From Malacoraja senta (taxonomy: Eukaryota): a stretch of 64,000 nucleotides of DNA. Below the pieces are notes generated by a model. The model searched no databases, was not told the origin of the DNA, and saw only the letters and a list, made by a program, of their open reading frames with translations. Below are positions 1 through 12,646 of the stretch, piece after piece. The position numbers and the translations under genes were made by a program. The stretch's first letter is position 1; each line of letters begins with the position of its first letter. The stretch covers positions 7,194,001 through 7,258,000 of the forward strand of contig CM075989.1 in assembly GCA_038087875.1 (NCBI GenBank). The letters run 5' to 3'.

Positions 1-75
1 CGTACTTACCACGAGTTTGATTTTTTTTAAACTCGGGAGAGCTCTTGTATTACCTCGTACAGTGGGACAGGCCCT
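1..75. mobile_element. Right end of a PIF/Harbinger-like MITE (truncated by the window)
   Basis: Ends AGTGGGACAGGCCCT followed by TTA, the same terminus as the elements at 8277-8494 and 12647-13049. Confidence 0.6.
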
Positions 76-809
76 TTAGCTTAGTCAGAACGCCATCGCT
101 GCAGAATAAGTCCTTGGGTTAGAAAAGAATCACTAATTGAAAACTGGTCCCGCCAGATAGCCGCGTTCACACAGTCTCAAGTCTGAAGGGTTGTATCTCC
201 ATTAGTGGGTAGGATCTGCAGTCAACGTTTCCTCCCGGCCTCGGCAAAGATCGTTTGGAAGAGAAGAATTGGGGCATTGGGCATTGGACAGCAGGATGGG
301 GATGGGTTTACAAACAGAACACCAAGGGGCATGAACAGTGAGAGAAGCAACACAAACCAGTTACACGAGGCTCTTCCTGCAAAGCAACAAATTGTTGATG
401 CCTTGGCATGGTTTGTATCAAATATAGATTCCTGCCACATCCCAAAGACATGCGGCTTTGTGGGTTAATTGACCTCTGTAAATTGCCCCTATTGTGTAGG
501 GAGTGGGTAAGATAGTGGGATATCATAGAACTAGTTTGTGTCATAGAACAAGTGGGCTCAAGGGCCTGTTTTCCTGCTGTATCTTTAAAGTTAAACTTAA
601 AAATAAATGTGATTAATAGGCAGCTGGTTCTCACTGGCCAATACCCCAGGGAAACAAAGATTTGAGCCAAATGGCTGATGGTCCTTTCTCTTTGACCTTC
701 ATCACAGCTTGTGAGTACGAGCTGCCACGTATCAGATAGACCATCCTCGCTGAAAAATACACCAACAAAACCACTAGGTAACAGAGTTTCTGTCAATGCA
801 CTGCTGGAA

Positions 810-1005
810 TTTTTAGTTTAATTCAGTTTACAGATACCGCGTGAAAATATGCCCTTCTGCCCACCGGGTCCGCGCCGACCAGCGATCCCCGCACATTAAC
901 ACTTCCGACCCACACTAGGGAATTGTATTTTACATTTACCAAGCCAATTAACCTACATAGATGTATGTCTTTGGAGTGTGGGAGGAAACCGAAGATCTCG
1001 GAGTA
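810..1005 (-). mobile_element. HE1/V-type SINE, partial
   Basis: Matches the reverse complement of the 3' and central part of the SINE at 7709-8015 (ccaattaacctac...tctttggagtgtgggaggaaaccgaagatctcgg). Confidence 0.75.
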
Positions 1006-2039
1006 ACTCTAGCGCTGTCCCATGTGCGGTATCCTTTCAAGGTGATTTGTAGATTACACTGAACACAAATCTCATTTGGTCAATGGTTCTTTTATTACCA
1101 CGTGTAGTGTACTAAGGTACAGTAAAATACATTTGCAGAATCTGCAGCAGTTGCTGACATTTTTAATAAAGGGATGCTTTGATTTCAGGGTTTCTCTCAA
1201 TTAGAATTGAATCTAAGGAGAATCAGACATTATTGCCTGGGTCTGTGGCGATCTTGACCAAGTTAACTCCAATGCAATGAGTTTAATTTCCTTTGAAATG
1301 CAGGGTTGATCTGATTTTTCTCTCTTAAGACCAAGACAATTTAGTATGCTGAATGACGAATTCTGTAGAATCTGTTCTGAACATACATTCAGCTAAAGAT
1401 TTGAAAGCTTTTAGCTGCATAAGGGAGGTATGTTAGGAAACTATGACAAGATACATAAAATGAAGGCATCTTGTCTTAAAGGAAGATGGAAGCATTTTAG
1501 AATTTGAACCCAAACTCTTGGAACAAAGTAGAACAGGCTTAGCTCTAAACTGTGTTGAACCTAACAATGATCTCTCTAATTGATTGAACCCCATTGCTTG
1601 GCACAAACCCTCTCCATCTAATTCCACATCAACAGAAAAAAATGTCGAGCTGAAACATAATGCCACAATATTGCATCTACTGTTAGATTCCAGTTCACCA
1701 TGTTCAGAAGTGCCAGAATATTTCTGCACTGCATCCAAACGATAAAACAGGAGTTAATCCAGATATTTTTGTTTTTTATTTCCTGGTTCTCTCTTTTCTC
1801 CTAAGGACAACGAGTCTCATGGGTATGACTTCACAAGTACTTGTATTCACCTCGATAAGATCATCCCTCAGACTCCTATGCTCCCAGGACTAAGGTCCTA
1901 GCCTGCCCAACTTCTTCCCTTCGGCTCAGGCCCTTGGGTTCTGGCAACACTCTTGTAAATCTTTTCTGCACAAATGGTGGTTGCTCGTGGACAAGTTGAA
2001 GGAGTAGATTTTGGCTCCTTTCCATAGTATCTGCTGCTA

Positions 2040-2375
2040 TGGTTGCCTTTTGAGTTTAGATGGTGACTGTAGGATGGCTCCTCAGTGGACAGGATGGTGA
2101 AGAAGGCTTTTGGCATGCATAACTCCATTAGTCAGCAAGGCGTAGAAGTTGAGACATTATGTTATAGGTGTACGAGATGTTGGTGAGGCTCCACTTGGGA
2201 GTGTTATTTTCAGTTTTGAGTCACCTTACTATGGGAAAGATGTCATTAAGCTGAAAAGGGGGCTGGTAAAGATTTACAAGGATATTGCCAGGACCTGAGG
2301 GCCTGAGCTACAAGGAGAAGTTGAGCAGGCTGGGATTTTATTTCTTTGGAGTGTAGGAGACTGTAAGGGATCTTA
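2040..2375 (+). mobile_element. CR1-like LINE ORF2 3' fragment, degraded
   Basis: Degenerate LVRPHLEYCVQFW / QKRFTRMLP / SLECRR-type coding remnants, repeated in other copies in the window. Confidence 0.65.
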
Positions 2376-2607
2376 TAGATGACCCAAGATGGCACCAAAC
2401 CTATGGGACTCTTTGCGTGCTGGTCCCATTGTAGCACTGCTATCATTCATTACAATCGCTCCACAAAGGGATGAACTTGCCTCTTTTGTGCCCTAAATAA
2501 TTCTATGATTCAAGCCTCTTTTTCTCTCCTTTTAAGGCTAATTGTGATGTGGCAACAAGGATGTGGGTTCTAAAAGAACACCATAACAAAGTATCATTCC
2601 ACATGCT

Positions 2608-2884
2608 GAAGATAGACACAAAATGGTGGAGTAACTCAGCGGGATAGGCAGTATCTTTGGAGAGAAGGAATTGGTGACGTTTTCGGGTCTCGACCCTTCT
2701 TCAGATTAGTCAGGGGAAAGGGAAATTAGAGATAGAGATTGGTGTAGAGAGATATAGAACAAATGAATGAAAGATATGCAAAAAAGTAATGATGATAAAG
2801 GAAACAGGCCATTGTTAACTGTCCTGCTGAGTTACTCCAGCATTTTGTGTCTATCTCGGTTTAAACCAGAATCTGCAGTTCCTT
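2608..2884. mobile_element. Penelope-derived palindromic short element
   Basis: gaagatagacacaaaat...gagtaactcagc arm and its inverted counterpart. Direct repeat TCATTCCACATGCT at 2594-2607 and 3015-3028. Confidence 0.65.
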
Positions 2885-2889
2885 CATTC

Positions 2890-3007
2890 TTCTTCTTCTT
2901 TCGTGTGGCATGCACAGCCTAAAGTTGATCTTCCGTTTGTGCACGTCGAGTTGCTTGCATTAGTCGAAACAGGGCGGACCACGTGAAGGTTGCAATCACC
3001 CACCCCA
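2890..3007 (-). mobile_element. Short LINE 3' end with (GAA)n tail (RTE-like, family uncertain)
   Basis: (TTC)n at the left end; 13-bp TSD AGTTCCTTCATTC at 2877-2889 and 3008-3020. Confidence 0.5.
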
Positions 3008-3171
3008 AGTTCCTTCATTCCACATGCTATTACTTGATCTAACAGTCACAACACCAAGTATGGAAATGGGGAATAGTAATCAGTGTTTAAATATGTACAG
3101 GTCCACCACCGATTTTTCCAGCAACTGGTGGTCTAGCTGCCCCCCCCCCTTTAATCCGGACAAAATCACCT

Positions 3172-3220
3172 CCCCCACCCCCACCCCCACCCCCACCCCC
3201 ACCCCCACCCCCACCCCCAC
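3172..3220. repeat. (CCCCCA)8 microsatellite
   Basis: Direct reading; it explains the PTPTPT and GVGVGV ORFs in the track. Confidence 0.95.
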
Positions 3221-4796
3221 AAAAGTCCCCCAAAAATCGTGGTGTCTAGGTCTACCCTGATGTGCCACCTTAAGCATCTTATATGTTTCAATGTAATCAC
3301 CGACCTCTCATTCATCCAAAAACCAAATAAATTTAGATCTAATTTCTTTAGCTGCTCATGGTAGAAACCATCCTCTCATCCCATGAATTTCTTTTGGACT
3401 TTCACCAATGCTAGTGTTTTCTTTCTTCAATAAGAGGACCAAAACAGTGCACAATACTCCAGATGTGGCCTTCATAATTTCGAGGAGCAGAATTAGTCCA
3501 TTCAGCCCATCAAATCTACTCTGCCATTCAACCAAGGCTGACCTATCTTTTCCTCTCAGCCCCATTTTCCTGCTTTCTCCCCATAACTCCTGATACCCAA
3601 GATAGACACAAAAAGCCGGAATAACTCAGCGGGACAGGCAGCATCTCTGGAGAGAAGGAATGGGTGATGTTTCGGGTCGAGACCCTTCTTCCTGACACCC
3701 ATACTAATCAAGTATCTGTCAATCTCCACCTTAAAAATATCCATTGACTTGGCCTCCACAACCGTCTGTGGCAATAAATTCCACCATTCACCACTCTCTG
3801 ACTAAAGAAATTCCTCCTCATCTTCTTGCAAAAGGTACGTCCTTTTATTCTGAGGCTACAGCCTCTGTTCCTTGGCTCTCCCACTAGTGGAAACATCTTC
3901 TCCACATTCACTCCATCCAGGACTTAACGGTACCCTATACAATTGTAACCAACTCTCAGGAAAGTCATGTTAGAACTCACTCATTTGACTCATCCATGAA
4001 GAAAGGTCATTCAGACAAATGCTGGCGGAGTCTCTGGAAGTAGAGACAAAAACAAGAAGTAAAATAAAAATAAATTGGATCTCTTTATTGTTTGGATGCA
4101 TTGAAAAAAAAAATATCCTGGGCAGTTCCAAAGAAGATTAACAGGAATCCAACAAGTTGACAGAATATAATAGGTTTATGTTTCAGCTCACAGTGTGATT
4201 ATTGATGCAGAACTGGGTACAAACATTGATTGAAGACACATGTTGAGCCTGCGTGTGGATTTGGTTGTTTAACCACGTGACCCTTGGCGTGTACCTCACA
4301 ACAACATTTCACGAGTTTTAGTTTAAAGGAAATTTTGAAAACACAACAATTATTTACAAGGGTAGCAAGTGAAGAACAGCTGGTCTTTTTTTTTTTTTAT
4401 TTTTTAATTTTTTATTTTTTAGAAGTACGGTAGATTACAGTAATGTACAACACGTATATATTAATACATTTTTTGTACCGCTTCACTTTTTTAAACTTTA
4501 AAAAAGAAAAAGAAAGAAGTAAGAAAAGTGAAGAAAGTGCGCAAAGGTTGTGAAGTGCAAAAGAGTGTTGGGAAAAGAAAGCCCCTTAGAAAAGAGGTTA
4601 GAGAAGGAAGTAAAGTTAGAAAATAGACCCTAGAAAAAAAAGAGAAAGAAAGAAGGAACAATCGCTCTATTATGACTCTTATACCATACTTCATAGAGAA
4701 GGAACTACCAACCAAGTCTATTTTTATTTTACCTCCCATTACCAGGTCCAGATACCTTTTATTTATTTATTTGTTTTTCTAAATTACTATTGCACC

Positions 4797-6397
4797 TCAT
4801 GCTTGTAATAGGTCCAAAAACGTAGACCACGTCTTTTGAAATTGATCTGCTTTGCCTACTAGGAGGAATCTCATCTCTTCCAGATGTAATGTTTCCAACA
4901 TATTTGATGTCCACATTTTTATTGTTGGTGTGGGCGCATTTTTCCAGAATTTAAGTATAAGCTTTTTTCCCATTATTAGCCCATAATTGAGTAAATTCTT
5001 CTGATACACGTTTAATTCAGGAATACCTTCCGATATTCCAAAAATAATCCATTCTGGTTTTGGTACCAGTTTTATTTTGATTAATTTTGAAAAAATATCA
5101 AATATTTCAAACCAGAATTTTTGGATTTTTGTACAAAAAACAAAAGAATGTGCTATGGTAGCTTCTTGACATATACATTTATCACAGATTGGTGAGACGT
5201 TAGGAAAGATTTTATTTAGTTTGGTTTTTGAATAATATAATCTATGTAATGTTTTAAATTGGATAAGCGTATGTCGTACGTTGATCGAGCATTTATGCAC
5301 CTGTAATAAATGATTATCCCAACTCTCTTTTGAAATTTTTATACCTAGATCTTGTTCCCAATCTCTTCTAATTCCATCTGTTGTGGGTATTTCTATATTT
5401 AAAATGATATTATATAAGTATGATATTAAATTAGCTGATTCCGCCTTTGTCTTCATTGCTTCATCTAGTAAGTCGGAAGGCATATTATAATAATCTTTTG
5501 TGTGTGTTTTCAAATAGTCACAGATTTGTATATATTTAAAATATTGATTATTTTTCAAATTATATTTCAGTTGTAGTTGTTGGAATGATAGTAATTTTTC
5601 TAATTCATACAGATCTTCGAGCGTTTTAATTCCCATTCTTTCCCATTGTATAAATGCTTTATCTATGATTGAAGGTTTAAACGATGGGTTATTGACTATT
5701 GGTATTAAGAGAGATAGGTTTCTTAATTTTAGATTCTGTTTTATTTGCTTCCATGTTCTAATAGTGCTATATATAATTGGATTTTTATTATAATTTTTAT
5801 TATTCAAGTTTATTGGAGAGAGAATAATCGCTCCTATATTATTCGGGGAGCAATCCCCTTTTTCCATTATAATCCAGTCCACCTGCTGGGCAGAATTGTC
5901 CAGCAGGTGAATCATATTTTTAATATTTACTGCCCAGTTATAATACATAAAGTTAGGGAGCGCTAGACCCCCCAACTCTTTTCGTTTGTTAAGGTGTGTT
6001 CTTTGTATTCTGTGGGATTTGTAATCCCATATAAAATTTGTAATGTCTGAGTCCAGTTTTTTGAAAAACTTTTTTGGGAGATATATAGGTATTGATTGAA
6101 ATAGGTAAAGGATTTGTGGTAAGAAAATCATTTTTATAGCATTTATCCTACCTATTAAGGACATCGGAAGTGTTTTCCAAAATTTAATCAGATTATTTAA
6201 TTTCTTAAGTAGGGGATTATAATTAGCTTTAAACATATCATGGTAATTTCTAGTAATCTCAATTCCTAAATATTTGAATTTTTCCATAGCTATTTTAAAA
6301 GGGAATTTCCTGAGATGTGTTGAATCTTTTGGTTTAATCGACATAATTTCACTTTTGTTCCAATTTATTCTATATCCTGAAAAGGATCCAAAGTCCT
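4797..6397 (-). pseudogene. L1 ORF2 C-terminal portion (end of RT through the Cys-rich region), open frame but 5'-truncated
   Basis: Motifs FGSFSGYRINWNKSE, FKYLGI, GRINAIKM, GGLALPNF, CDKC...H-F-C. Confidence 0.9.
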
Positions 6398-7152
6398 TCC
6401 AGCGAACAGCTCATTTTTAACAATATTAAAATCAATTTAAAATAGTTAAGAGATAATATACACTCGAGGTTGATATGAAAAATATATACGGCTTATATAG
6501 TTTTACAAAATGCTGAGAATTAATCATAATTAATAATTAACAATACTAATATAGAAATAATATTTGAAACTGATAAAACTGTGGTGCCTGCGTCATAACG
6601 CAGACAGCAGTTATTACCTATGTTCGCAGCTCGTGGAGAGGAGAAGAGATCAGGCACCTGGCACAATTCCAGGAACCTGACTCCGGTTAATCCACTCAGT
6701 AAACCGCTCACTTTAACAATACTAAATTTATTTTAAAATAGTTAAGAGATAAAGAGTGAGTAGGATATGGAATCGAATACATTTGACATATATATAAATT
6801 GTAACTGGGTGAAATAGAACTGAATTGGAAACGGTAATGACCCCATAGATTTTGGGTAAGAAATACAGCGGGGCTAACTTTATACCAACTACGCCGGAAG
6901 CGTTATGGATGTCGTACCCCACAGACGAGTGGGCCACTCACTACGGTGTTGAAATTTTAGACACCGTAAATTTATTTGATTTATATATATATTTTTTTTT
7001 AATCACAATATGTCACATCTGTGTGTTTTTTCTTCAAGGACAATCGCGCAGGAGAACTACCAAGGAAGTCTATAATAGAAATACTCCCAAAATAACCAGA
7101 GTCCGGAGGTATGAACGCACCACAATAATTAAGGTCATTAAAATTGGTAAAA

Positions 7153-7402
7153 ATGCATGACGACAATCAAAAGAAAATAGGAGGAATCACATTATGTAGT
7201 TGGAATATAAGGGGGATTAATGAACCTATTAAAAGGGGCAAGATACTAGCTCAGTTGAAATCATACAACACGGACATAGCGTTTCTACAGGAAACACATC
7301 TTAAACAGCAAGATCAGACAAGACTGAGGGCGAACTGGATAGGCCAAACATTTCACTCTTCATTTACCTCTAAATCTAGAGGTACTGCAATTATTATTCG
7401 TA
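7153..7402 (+). pseudogene. L1 ORF2 N-terminal apurinic-endonuclease fragment (inverted segment)
   Basis: SWNIRGIN...DIAFLQETH...SRGTAIIIRK; the coding similarity stops at the TSD. Confidence 0.9.
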
Positions 7403-7708
7403 AAGAACAGCTGGTCTTAATCAGCTCCGAGCTTTGAGGTTCTCTCAAAGCCTGTTTTCATCTTGGAAGGAAAATGGACATCTACTTCAGTGCACTGTTG
7501 GGGTGGAGCAAGGGGGAAGACGAGGATGGTAGTGTCCTGAGGTCAAATAAATTGATCGTTTTCCTCCTTATGGTGTAGCATATGACAGCTAGGAAATAAC
7601 AAAGCATTGGTTTATTTGGGGAAAATCAGTTTTGATAAATAAAATCACCTTTATTGTAATATTGAATGGGATCACCAATGGCTCATTTGACAGCACCATT
7701 CATGGCCA

Positions 7709-8015
7709 GCATGGTGGCGTGGCGGTAGAGCTACTGCCTGACAGCATCAGAGACCTGGGTTCGATCCTGACAACGGGTGTTGTGTGTACGAAGTTCGTAC
7801 ATTCTCCCCGTGACCTGCGTGGGTTTTCTCTGAGATCTTCGATTTCCTCCCACACTCCAAAGACGTACAGGTTTGTAGGTTAATTGGCTTGGTAGAATTG
7901 TAAATTGTCTCTAGTGTGTGTAGGATAGTGTTAGATTGAGGGAATCACTGGTCGATGCGAACGCGGTAGACCAAAAGGCCTGTTTCCACACTGTGATCTC
8001 CAAACTAAACTAAAT
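7709..8015 (+). mobile_element. HE1/V-type tRNA-derived SINE, near full length
   Basis: A-box-like TGGCGTGGCGG, B-box-like GGTTCGATCC, central ttctccccgtgacctgcgtgggttt domain, CR1-like 3' end and (ACTAA)n tail; many related copies in the window. Confidence 0.85.
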
Positions 8016-8276
8016 TTGCACACTTTGGAGTGAAAATTTTGTAGGTTCAAGACCCATCCAGGACCTCAAATGTGACTGATGGAGGAAGACCAAGCACTAC
8101 CCTAGGAGGATGCTGCACCATTGGAGAATCTATCCAATGGATGAAATATAATAAACAGCGTTCTACCTGCCTCTTTTGAAGGGGTTTATTCCCTTTGACC
8201 TGACCAATGTTCACCTCTCAATCAACATGAAAACAGTTTACCTAATCAATTATCCCAATGCTCTGTGCAAGCTTTA

Positions 8277-8494
8277 TGGGCCTGTCCCACTTAAGTGATT
8301 TTTTAGGCGACTGCCGAAAAATTTTCAACATGTTAAAAATGTTTCTGCAACAGTGGCGCCAATTTGGGATGTCATAGGTGCCGTCGTAGGTTGTCGCCAG
8401 GTGACATAGGTTGTCGCCGGTGCTGACTTCGGTGAATTCCATTGTCCTAGTCGCTGGCAGTTGCCTAAAAAATCGCCTAAGTGGGACAGGCCCA
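8277..8494. mobile_element. PIF/Harbinger-like MITE
   Basis: 17-bp perfect TIR TGGGCCTGTCCCACTTA / TAAGTGGGACAGGCCCA, imperfectly extended inward; TTA TSD at 8274-8276 and 8495-8497. Confidence 0.85.
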
Positions 8495-8506
8495 TTACTT
8501 TACTAT

Positions 8507-8785
8507 AGAGATACAGCGTGGAAACAGGCCCTTCAGCCCATGGAGTCCACGCCAACCAGCGATCACCTACACATACACTACCTACACACTTGGGACAATT
8601 TACAGAAGCCAATTAACCGACAAACCTATGCATCTTTGGAGTGTGGGAGGAAACCGGAGCACCAGGAGAAATCCCACGCGGTCACAGGGAGAACGTATAA
8701 ACTCCGTACGGATAGCACCCGTAGTCAGGATCGGACACGGTTCTCTGGCGCTGTAATGCGGTAACTCTACCGCTGCGCCACCATG
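8507..8785 (-). mobile_element. HE1/V-type SINE
   Basis: Reverse complement of the 7709-8015 family, including the tRNA-like head. Confidence 0.85.
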
Positions 8786-9204
8786 CCTCCCTAAAGCTGA
8801 CTGCCCCATTCCCCACTTTACACCGATGACTGGACTTTTCATAAGCAGCAGGATGTCTGGGGATTGTAAAAGGTACAAATGAAAGTCCATGTTGTTGCGT
8901 ATTAGCCAATTTTACTGAATAACTGTTACACTGCCATAATAGACCTGATCTGATTGATAAAGTTCAATTACAGAATAGATCTTCAAACCCTGAACTTACC
9001 TTCCGATGGTTCCTGTTATATAGTCTATAAGTGTGCCAGACAGAGCAGGGCATTGACCCCAAATAGTCTGCCACCCCTCATACATGAAGATGGTATGTGT
9101 CTGTGAAGTAGTGAAGGATAGTCACTGTCTGTACTGCTGCCTTCTGACAAGTGCCAGCTTAGTTGTGCAGCTCGTAGAACCTTAAGTGTGTAAAACCTAA
9201 AGTT

Positions 9205-9700
9205 GTTATAAGAAAGATGGTGTCAAGCTGGAAAGGGTGCAGAGACTATTTACGAGGATGTTGCCAGGAATCGAGGGCCTGAGCTACAGGGAGAGGTTGA
9301 GCAGGCCAGGACTCTATTCATTGGAGCGCAGGAGAATGAGGGGTGATCTTATAAGGGTGTACAAAATCATAGATCGGGCAAAAAGTATTTTGCCCAGACT
9401 AGGGGATTCAAGAACCAAAGGACATAGGTTTAAAGTGAGGGGAGAAAGATTGAATAGGAATCTGCGGGGTAACTTTTTTTTTTACACAAAGGGTGGTGGG
9501 TGTATGGAACGAGCTGCCAGAGGAGGTAGTTGAGGCACATACTATCGCATGTTTAATAGGCAGTTAGACAGGTACATGGACAGGACAGGTTTGGAGGAAT
9601 ATTGGCCAAATGCAGGCAGATGGGACTAGTGTAAATGGGACATGTTGGTCGGTGTGGGCAAGTTGGGCTGAGGGGCCTGTTTCCACGCTCTATGACTCTG
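9205..9700 (+). mobile_element. CR1-like LINE 3' fragment
   Basis: QRLFTRMLPG...LYSLERRRMRGDLI...SRTKGHRFKVRG followed by a 3' UTR shared with other copies. Confidence 0.85.
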
Positions 9701-10345
9701 TGTATGGTCCATGAAAAGGAGGTGGTGAGTCACCTTCTCAAGGTACTGTCTGACGATGATGATTGTTCCACATGCTAAGGAGAGACTTCCAATATGAGAG
9801 ACAAAGATGGGATCAGCCTAATAGTCAGAACCTATTATTCAGGTTAGAAATGTCAAAGACTAGAGGGCTCAGCTTTAAGGGGAGATGGCCAAAGTTTAAA
9901 GGAGATGTGTGGGCATGTTATTTTCTTCACGGAGAGTGGTGGGTGTAAGGAATGCACTGGTGGAGGCAGACACAATGGTGGTGATTCAGAGGCTTTTAGA
10001 TAGGCATATGGATATACAGGGAATCGAGGGCTATGGATCACGTGTACACTCAGTTTAACATGGCATCAAGTTTGGCATGGACATTGTGGGTCGAAGGGCA
10101 TATTCTTGTGCTGTACTGTTGTATGTTCTCTGTTCTGCCATCTCCATTCACCACCATACACGGTTGCTGTAGTCTGCACAACCACCAGAATGTCTAAGTA
10201 ACTTACCAAGGGTTACCAAACTAGTTATCAACTTCCTAACTAGACAAGCCACCTCCATCATCAAGCAAGACAAGCGTGGTAGGTGCATTGGAACACCACC
10301 AACTATAGATTCCCTCCTAGACAGACACCATCTTGAGTTGGAACT

Positions 10346-11055
10346 TCAATTCAATTCAATTCAATTCAATTCAACTTTAATGTCAATGCACAAATACTGA
10401 GTATGGGTACAACAAAATGCAGTTTTGCGTCAGTCCGTAGTAGTAGTGCAATATAGAAATTTAAAAAAAAAGAGGATACAGAATAATCAAAAATACAGAA
10501 TAATTAACAATGGGGACGGAGGGACCGGAGGAATCTATCGGCGGGACTCCGAGTTCAGCAATGCGACGGTATAATTGTAGAAGCTGTTCCTCATCCTACT
10601 GGTACGAGACCTGAGGCTCCTGTACCGCCTCCCTGATGGGAGGAGGGCAAACAGTCCATGGTTGGGGTGGGAGGGGTCTTTAATGATCTTCCCAGCCCGT
10701 TTCAGACACCGTTTTCGGTGGAGGGCATCCATGGCAGGGAGCGGGGCACCGATGATGTGCTGCGCGGTTTTCACCACCCGTTGTAGTGCCTTCCTGTCCG
10801 CAACAGTGCAGCTGCTGTACCATACCGTGAAGCAGGTGGTCAGGATGCTCTCGATGGTACACTGGTAGAAGTTGGTCAGGATCTGGGGGGACAGGTGGGC
10901 TTTCTTGAGCCTCCTCAGGAAGTAAAGGCGCTGCTGTGCCTTTTTGATCAGCTTGGAGGTGTTGAGGGACCAGGACAAATCCTCCGAGATGTGTACCCCG
11001 AGGAATTTGTAGCTGGAGACGCGCTCCACCTCAGTGGAGCGCGTCTCCACTGAGG
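10346..11055 (-). mobile_element. Rex1/Babar LINE, 5'-truncated
   Basis: [23 protein letters not shown]...KKAQQRLYFLRRL...HGLFALLPSGRRYRS; (TTGAA)n tail; candidate TSD TGGAACT at 10339-10345 and 11056-11062. Confidence 0.9.
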
Positions 11056-12646
11056 TGGAACTGCACTGTTGTTCATTCACCCGCAGAGTCTTCATCGAGT
11101 AACCCCAACTCAATATGTAGGAAAGAACTGCAGATGCTGGTTAAATCGAAGGTGGACACAAAATGCTGGAGTAACTCAGCGGGACAGGTTGTGTGTAACC
11201 CCAACTCAAAAGCGCTGTGAGAGAAGATATGGGATTTCAGTACTTCACAAAGTTGCTTTAACACTGCCTTTTCAAGACCAGTAGTGATGGACAATAAATG
11301 CTGACCTTCCTGGCAATGTCTGTGCCACCAAAAAATAAATGTAAATAATACATTTTTTGCAATGACAAAGAACAGTAATATAAGTCCAAGTAGGAATAGT
11401 GCATGGCTCAAACTGCCCTTGTCTTTCCAGATGGTAAAGATTACCGTACCATTTTTAAAATTTAACTTGTTGTTTGCCAGGATTTAAGTACAAATGCTGA
11501 GAAATTGGATCAATTTTCATATGCTTTTAGGTGGAAATCAAACAACTCTGCGTTTCATAACTCACGGAAAGTAAGCAGCAAAGCCTGCGGCAGGTTGGCA
11601 AGGAGACATGACGTGAAGGGTCTGGAATGTTCCATCAATGTGTTGGTCTCTGGCTTCAGTTTTTTCTCCGTCGTTGTATTTCCAGCAAGATGACTGAGCG
11701 TGCAATAACTTCTGGCAATCCCGCATAACTCGCTGCGACAGATGCATGTTGCACGCTTTGCCAGGGATGAGCCCATGGCTCCCAGTGGCTTTGGGCCCAC
11801 TCTGGCATCTCTGGCTTTGCCCTGGCCACTCAGTCTTAGCCTCAGTAGAGGTGCTGGGTGTCCAGGGTTTCTACCCGGCAACCCAGTCTTGACCACACGG
11901 TGGCGCTGGTGATCTTGGGCTTGTCCCAGTGGCTCAGTTCTCCTCCAACCCGCGACAGGGGAACACAGCAAGCAGGGAGGCTGCCCACCTTGTCTCTCTT
12001 CCTCTCACTCTTCTTTCTTGCTCTTTCTCTCCTGCTTCTTCCCTCTCTCTTCTAGCCTGTGGGTAAAATGCCTGGGGTTTTATAGGGAGAAGGCTGACAA
12101 GGTTCAAATGGCCAACCAATACCAGCTGCTTGAACTTAGCTGTAATTACCAATTATGGTGGGGATTGCACCTCTCTACCTGTCCAAGTGTCTTTTAAATG
12201 TTCTTATAGTCCACAATCATCTTGTGGGCACCTTTCCATCAATTCCAGTCCCTTGGAACAACATTCTGAAATAATAATTGATTATAACTGAGCAAAACTC
12301 CAGAATATTCCCCTGTTTCCCCACCAACTCCCCCTCACCTCTGTTTCTCATGACTTCTTGGCTCTGGAAACCTTTCACTGGCACTTTTGGGAGAACCTTG
12401 TTGTGACCAGGCCAACAATAATGCACTGATGAACACGACAAAAAAAAGAGGTTGGCGCTGCACGACAACTAATGGGAGCAAGCTCTCCACAAACTTTCCC
12501 TCATGTTTCCTACATTGCAACAGAGAATGCTAATTCAGAGCAAAACTCTATTGGCAGTAAAGTTCTCAAAGGTATTCTGAAGTTGTGAGGCGCGATAGAA
12601 ATACAACTCACTCCTGGCCCAATTTGGTTGTGTACATGTTCCTTAA

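Larger units (their letters stand above)
4388..7402 (-). mobile_element. L1-clade LINE insertion with inverted 5' segment
   Basis: Poly(A) tail (poly-T on +) from 4386; ORF2 C-terminal part on minus up to ~6398; spacer plus endonuclease N-terminus on plus from ~6399 to 7402; 16-bp TSD AAGAACAGCTGGTCTT at 4372-4387 and 7403-7418. Confidence 0.9.

Noticed and set aside
3024..3277. Pro/Thr-rich or Gly/Val-rich proteins
   Set aside because: Translation of the (CCCCCA)n microsatellite.
7709..7780. tRNA gene
   Set aside because: The A/B boxes run straight into a SINE body that is repeated many times, so this is a SINE head.
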